Shown: piece by piece, positions 59,723 to 64,000 of the stretch
How the letters are laid out: every line of letters begins with the position of its first letter
How positions within the stretch are numbered: position 1 is the first letter of the stretch
IMG/VR virus record: IMGVR_UViG_3300050336_000170
Span: 67,586 to 131,585 of that record
Reading direction: 5' to 3' (one strand)
Length of the DNA: 64,000 nucleotides
Source: a virus
Lineage: Duplodnaviria > Caudoviricetes
Translations under genes and position numbers: made by a program
Notes under the pieces: model-generated
Database searches by the model: none
Seen by the model: the letters and a program-made list of their open reading frames with translations, nothing else
Told to the model about the DNA's origin: nothing

Positions 59723-60553
59723 TTGCTTAAAATCTATGGTGGACAGAGTATAAATGCTTGGACTGTTAGATCACTTATTGAAGATTCTACAACCGTAGAT
59801 GCTAGAAGTAGCATTGACACAAACTGGTTATGGGACTTTAATACTACGGCAATGTGTAAATACAATAATACAATCAACGCAGGTAATTTAACAGATATAT
59901 CAGAGAGTTTGACATCTTGGAAAATATATAGATTAAACGTTACAAATGGTGATACGCAATATCAATTAGTTTGTCAAACTACAGATGTAACAATGACCAA
60001 TATAAGAGATTATATGTGTGCAAATGGCAATACATATAAATTTCAGATTGTTGGTATAAGTGATAATTACATTAGTGAATCAATATATACACAAGAAGTA
60101 ACAGCGAATTATCACTATTGGAGTTTAACTGACATTTACACAAAAGAAGTTTGGTTGTTCCAGTTAAATTATGAAGGTAACAATATTGAAAGCAATTATA
60201 CCGTAAATAGTAATGTTAATATAACATTAACAAATTCTAGATATCCTATTTTTAATATTGGCGAACAAAGATATTTATCAAATACCATATCTGCTTTAAT
60301 TGGTAATGTGGATTTAGCAACAGGTGAGTATTCAAATGATACAATCAAAATAAGAAATTCTTTAGTTGACTTTTTGAACAATGGAAATGAAAAGATATTT
60401 AAAAATGTACGTGGCGATATACTGCAAGTTCAAACATATACTAACGATTTTAGTATAAATAATAATCCAATTGAAAAGCCTCAGACAATCAACTTTAATA
60501 TTATTGAGGTAGGTAGTATTGATGATTTGCAAGTATATGATGAAGTAATTTAA
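59723..60553 (+). CDS. Distal-tail-like protein
   Basis: WKIYR...DY...NG.TY; SRYP...Y; FLNNG..KIFKN.RGD. Confidence 0.65.
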   Translation: MLKIYGGQSINAWTVRSLIEDSTTVDARSSIDTNWLWDFNTTAMCKYNNTINAGNLTDISESLTSWKIYRLNVTNGDTQYQLVCQTTDVTMTNIRDYMCANGNTYKFQIVGISDNYISESIYTQEVTANYHYWSLTDIYTKEVWLFQLNYEGNNIESNYTVNSNVNITLTNSRYPIFNIGEQRYLSNTISALIGNVDLATGEYSNDTIKIRNSLVDFLNNGNEKIFKNVRGDILQVQTYTNDFSINNNPIEKPQTINFNIIEVGSIDDLQVYDEVI

Positions 60554-60560
60554 AAACAAG

Positions 60561-60578
60561 ATAAAATAATAAATTTAT
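60561..60578. repeat. 6-6-6 site
   Basis: CAAG-ATAAAA-TAATAA-ATTTAT just after a stop codon. Confidence 0.55.
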
Positions 60579-60651
60579 CAGGTAACTGTATCAATATATA
60601 GTTGCCTGATTTTATTATGCCACAAAATTAATAAGGTGGTGATAGACAAAA

Positions 60652-61767
60652 ATGGCTTTTCCAAGTCCTTTTTTAAATTGGATTAATAGATCAGATAAAA
60701 AAAGTCCAGTGAAAGCACAAGATGTAAATACAATTGCAAAATCAGTTAACGATTTAAGTTCTGTTACTGCGTCAGAAATAACTCGAATAGATAATGTTTT
60801 AAGCGGTGCAATAGGTGCTGGTATTGTACAAATACAAGATACGACCCCAACTAATATCAATGGTGTTTTGGTTGGTAATGGTATTAATGTTTATAACGGT
60901 GGTTTCTTTAGCAATAAAAACCTTTTACACAATTGGGATTTTCGAAACCCTGTGAATCAGCGAGGGCAGATCAGTTATTCAACAGTGAGTTATACAATAG
61001 ACAGGTGGAGGCTTGAAACCACTGATATGCTTACTGTTGGGTCAGGATATATTACGCTTACTACAACTTCAGCAAGGAGTGCTAATGCTACTCTGTTTAG
61101 AGAATTACTATCTGAAGGGGTTTCTGCATTGGTTGGTTCTGTTATTACAGCATCTATTAATGTTGGGATAGTGTCAGGTTCATTTAATTATAGATTGCGT
61201 TTTACGTCTGGTGGTACTTATGTTGGTCAAGTTCTTGGTCAAGATTTAGTACAGGGAATAAATTATGTATCTGGTGTTATACCTTCAAATACCGATGGAA
61301 TTGCATTTGAGATTCGATCAGGTTCAATAGGTTCTAATATAAATGATTACATCAGACTTATTTCAACAAAACTCGAAATTGGCTCAGTATCAACCCTTGC
61401 ATATGACCCGCCCGCTGATTACGGCGAACAGTTGGCATTGTGCCAGAGGTATTTTGTAAGGTTTACTGGATATGCATCAACCCCGCTTGCCACATCGGGT
61501 TCAACAGGTACAACTACATCCTCTCCTAGAATTGCAATTTCTTTGCCAGTAGCGATGAGAGCTAACCCTACAGTGACAGTCAACAAGGTTCAGATTCTGA
61601 ATATAAACTGTACTGGTATATCAATATCATCTGTGGTTTGGGGTCATGCGCTTGGGAATCAGGTTATTTGTGCGTTTAATATAGCTTCCGCATTTGCTTC
61701 TAACGTAATTGGATTTCTATATCTGATGGATACCGACAGCTATATAGAATTCTCCGCTGATTTGTAA
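60652..61767 (+). CDS. Tail fibre / receptor-binding protein
   Basis: NLLHNWDFRNPVNQRG...YTIDRW; KLEIGSVSTLA...QLALCQRYF; ends SADL. Confidence 0.82.
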   Translation: MAFPSPFLNWINRSDKKSPVKAQDVNTIAKSVNDLSSVTASEITRIDNVLSGAIGAGIVQIQDTTPTNINGVLVGNGINVYNGGFFSNKNLLHNWDFRNPVNQRGQISYSTVSYTIDRWRLETTDMLTVGSGYITLTTTSARSANATLFRELLSEGVSALVGSVITASINVGIVSGSFNYRLRFTSGGTYVGQVLGQDLVQGINYVSGVIPSNTDGIAFEIRSGSIGSNINDYIRLISTKLEIGSVSTLAYDPPADYGEQLALCQRYFVRFTGYASTPLATSGSTGTTTSSPRIAISLPVAMRANPTVTVNKVQILNINCTGISISSVVWGHALGNQVICAFNIASAFASNVIGFLYLMDTDSYIEFSADL

Positions 61768-61778
61768 GGAGATACACA

Positions 61779-62129
61779 ATGGATACATATATTGTATACG
61801 TATTGATTGACGAAAACAGCAATATTATAGCTGTTAATTCATCTGCGTTTTTAACTGATATAGCTAGTTTTATTCAAATTGATTCAGGAACAACAGATAA
61901 ATATCATCATGCTCAAAACAACTATTTTGAAAAACCAATTATGACCGATAGTGGAATATGGAGATATAAATTGATAAATGGAGAGGTAGTTGAAAAGACA
62001 GCGGAAATGATTGAATTAGAGGAATCAGAATTGCCATTACCCCCAATGTCACAAGATGATAAAATATTGCAATTACAACAAGGAATTGCTGAACTTACTA
62101 TGTATATAGCAACAATCAGTGGAGGATAA
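61779..62129 (+). CDS. Tail fibre-associated chaperone-like protein
   Basis: NSSAFL...IDSG..DKYHHAQNNY...RYKL. Confidence 0.72.
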   Translation: MDTYIVYVLIDENSNIIAVNSSAFLTDIASFIQIDSGTTDKYHHAQNNYFEKPIMTDSGIWRYKLINGEVVEKTAEMIELEESELPLPPMSQDDKILQLQQGIAELTMYIATISGG

Positions 62130-62131
62130 AA

Positions 62132-62254
62132 ATGTTTACACAGGATAGTGCATTAGTAAAAATATGGGTTGATTTAATTAAGACTAATAAATACACAGAA
62201 GATGAAATTCCACATCTTTCAAATTTGAGAGATGTGGTTTTATCTTTAATTTGA
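62132..62254 (+). CDS. 40-aa CD1375/XkdX-like peptide
   Basis: MFTQDSALVKIWVDLIKTNKYTEDEIPHLSNLRDVVLSLI; GGAGG RBS. Confidence 0.75.
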   Translation: MFTQDSALVKIWVDLIKTNKYTEDEIPHLSNLRDVVLSLI

Positions 62255-62278
62255 TTATTTTATTTAGGAGGCATAATT

Positions 62279-62422
62279 ATGTTTAATAAAGATAGTGCAT
62301 TGGTTAAGATTTGGGTTTCTTTAATTCTTTCTGGAGTATATACATATGAACAATGTCCAAACATGTCAAATTTAAGAGTTGTTGTTGGAGAGGTATTGGC
62401 TGAAGCAGGATATATTGTATAA
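62279..62422 (+). CDS. 47-aa CD1375/XkdX-like peptide (tandem paralogue)
   Basis: MFNKDSALVKIWVSLILSGVYTYEQCPNMSNLRVVV...; AGGAGG RBS. Confidence 0.75.
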   Translation: MFNKDSALVKIWVSLILSGVYTYEQCPNMSNLRVVVGEVLAEAGYIV

Positions 62423-62426
62423 GACG

Positions 62427-62444
62427 ATAAAAGTTAAGTTTGGT
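62427..62444. repeat. 6-6-6 site
   Basis: ATAAAA-GTTAAG-TTTGGT just after a stop codon. Confidence 0.55.
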
Positions 62445-62512
62445 TGAATTAGAGGGTAGTATTATTTACTGCCCTCTATAATTTTTAATGAAAACGAGGT
62501 GATGAGTTTGTA

Positions 62513-63706
62513 ATGGCTTTATACGGTAGCTTCTTGTATGGTGACGGAACAGTATACGGTAGTGGTGTAAGTTACAATGACTACTTATTAATATTACAAA
62601 GTCCATCACGGCAACCTAGAGTAAAGGTTGAATTACTATATAAAAATAATAACGGATACGAAGTTTACGAAGAACTTACTAGTTTAGTGGATTCAACTTC
62701 TGGTAGTTTACAAATTAACATAGTTAATGGCAGAAGACGCAGTGCTACAATAACGTTAAGTGATTTTAAAAGACAATATAATATATCATCAAACTCATTA
62801 TGGTTAGATAGTTATATACGTATCAAAAAGGGTTTTCAGGTTGGCAATGAATACATATGGTTTTTATGTGGAACATTTGTTTTGGAAGACCCTAGTGTAA
62901 TATCAAATTTTAGTTTAAGGACGATTGAATTAACTTGTGTTGATAAAATGTCTATACTAGAAAATGAACTAGAAGCTATTTATCAAATACCATCTGGTAC
63001 TCCTGTTAAAGATGCGATTATCGCTATCTTAAATGAGATAAATGACCCAATGCCGTTAATATATGATTCGGCACTAGAAGGCAAAACAGTACCATATACA
63101 ATCTCTAGAAGTGATTCATATTATTCAATTTTAGAGGAACTTGCAAGTTTATATTCTTCGCATGTATTCTATAATGCAAGCGGTTCACTGTGTTTTTTAA
63201 GTGGGGTTGAAGGTATTGATGATAGTCCCAAAGAAAGTTTATATAATTTCAGAAAAGATGGGACAGATATAAATTATATATCTAGCAATGTTAAATATGA
63301 TATTAGTAATGTCAAGAATTATATTGTTGTAATTGGAGCAACTGTAGACGGAGAGTTGTATGACGCGATTGCTTCAGATGAAAATTTATCTTCGCCTGTA
63401 AATATATATAGAATTGGTAAACGTGTAAAGAAGATTGAAGACGATAATATATATTCTACTGAATTAGCGCAGAATAGAGCCGATTATGAGCTAAAAAATA
63501 ACACTGTTCTATTTTGTAATTGTTCTATTGTTTGCTTATCTCTGCCACATTTATATGATGCAGATGATGCGGTTGTAACACTTACTGATATAGATCAAAA
63601 TTTTAATCAGCAAAGATTATTAATACAGTCTATAACTGACTCTTTTGGTATAGATTCACAAATGCAAATTACTTGTAGTAATACTAGTGAACTTCCTTTT
63701 ATATAA
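62513..63706 (+). CDS. Baseplate hub / tail-associated protein
   Basis: GRRRSATITL, GTFVL..P, FYN.SG.L.F, N.IVV.G, AQNRADYEL. Confidence 0.72.
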   Translation: MALYGSFLYGDGTVYGSGVSYNDYLLILQSPSRQPRVKVELLYKNNNGYEVYEELTSLVDSTSGSLQINIVNGRRRSATITLSDFKRQYNISSNSLWLDSYIRIKKGFQVGNEYIWFLCGTFVLEDPSVISNFSLRTIELTCVDKMSILENELEAIYQIPSGTPVKDAIIAILNEINDPMPLIYDSALEGKTVPYTISRSDSYYSILEELASLYSSHVFYNASGSLCFLSGVEGIDDSPKESLYNFRKDGTDINYISSNVKYDISNVKNYIVVIGATVDGELYDAIASDENLSSPVNIYRIGKRVKKIEDDNIYSTELAQNRADYELKNNTVLFCNCSIVCLSLPHLYDADDAVVTLTDIDQNFNQQRLLIQSITDSFGIDSQMQITCSNTSELPFI

Positions 63707-63721
63707 TAGAGGTAACATATT

Positions 63722-64000
63722 ATGACATACTCAGAAATGGCTGAAGAACTTAATTTGCTAATTGACCAGAGGATAGAATCATATATGAAATCAATTGCAT
63801 ATGTTAAGAAAGCATACGTAACTGTACAAAGCTATGATTCAACATCTAAGATTGCACAAGTAAAATTTCCTAATGACGAAGCAATATTGAGTTATAAAAA
63901 TCTAAGCAATGATACATTAGCTATCGGGGACGTATGTGTTGTGTTATACGCGAATGGCAGTAACTTGTCTACTGGACACATATATGGCAAGCTAAATTAA
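63722..64000 (+). CDS. Small OB-fold tail-tip protein
   Basis: AQVKFP...N.S...L.IGD.C.V. Confidence 0.6.
   Translation: MTYSEMAEELNLLIDQRIESYMKSIAYVKKAYVTVQSYDSTSKIAQVKFPNDEAILSYKNLSNDTLAIGDVCVVLYANGSNLSTGHIYGKLN

Noticed and set aside
213-60860. Short track ORFs antisense to or overlapping real genes (e.g. 213, 1253, 7633, 16527, 22117, 33498, 35376)
   Set aside because: No RBS, shadow-frame composition; 22117 overlaps the intron core
34243-63706. Diversity-generating retroelement or invertase shufflon acting on fibre genes
   Set aside because: No reverse transcriptase, no adenine-specific TR/VR pair and no inverted fibre cassettes in this window
1-64000. tRNA/rRNA genes and prophage att sites
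   Set aside because: No cloverleaf or rRNA-like sequence recognised and no host-phage junction in the window

Overview
The whole window is one low-GC temperate siphophage of a Firmicutes (probably clostridial) host, organised like Bacillus phage SPbeta; no host chromosome is visible. Layout: (1) 1-7.2 kb, a leftward array of small early/accessory genes; (2) 7.2-8.8 kb, a non-coding switch region with a structured leader RNA, a 24-bp-periodic ATCGAT array and a skew inversion; (3) a rightward arm with a tyrosine recombinase, a free-standing HNH nuclease, a YonO-type single-subunit RNA polymerase, packaging/head genes, tail genes, a lysis cassette with an extra subtilase, a second tyrosine recombinase, PIN-PhoH, accessory genes, tape measure and tail-tip/fibre genes. 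The terminase and tape-measure genes are each split by a group I intron carrying a homing endonuclease (splice sites resolved by hand), and two IS200/IS605 (tnpA-tnpB) elements are present. Best candidates for undescribed biology: (a) a family of ATAAAA-N6-TTTTAT-type sites at gene boundaries, and a second 6-bp-spacer site pair enclosing an in-frame, GC-richer module of a virion gene, suggesting recombinase-driven cassette exchange; (b) an orphan PemK/MazF-fold toxin followed by its own ~85-nt two-repeat small RNA, suggesting an RNA-antitoxin system. All protein calls come from motif recognition and synteny, not database searches.
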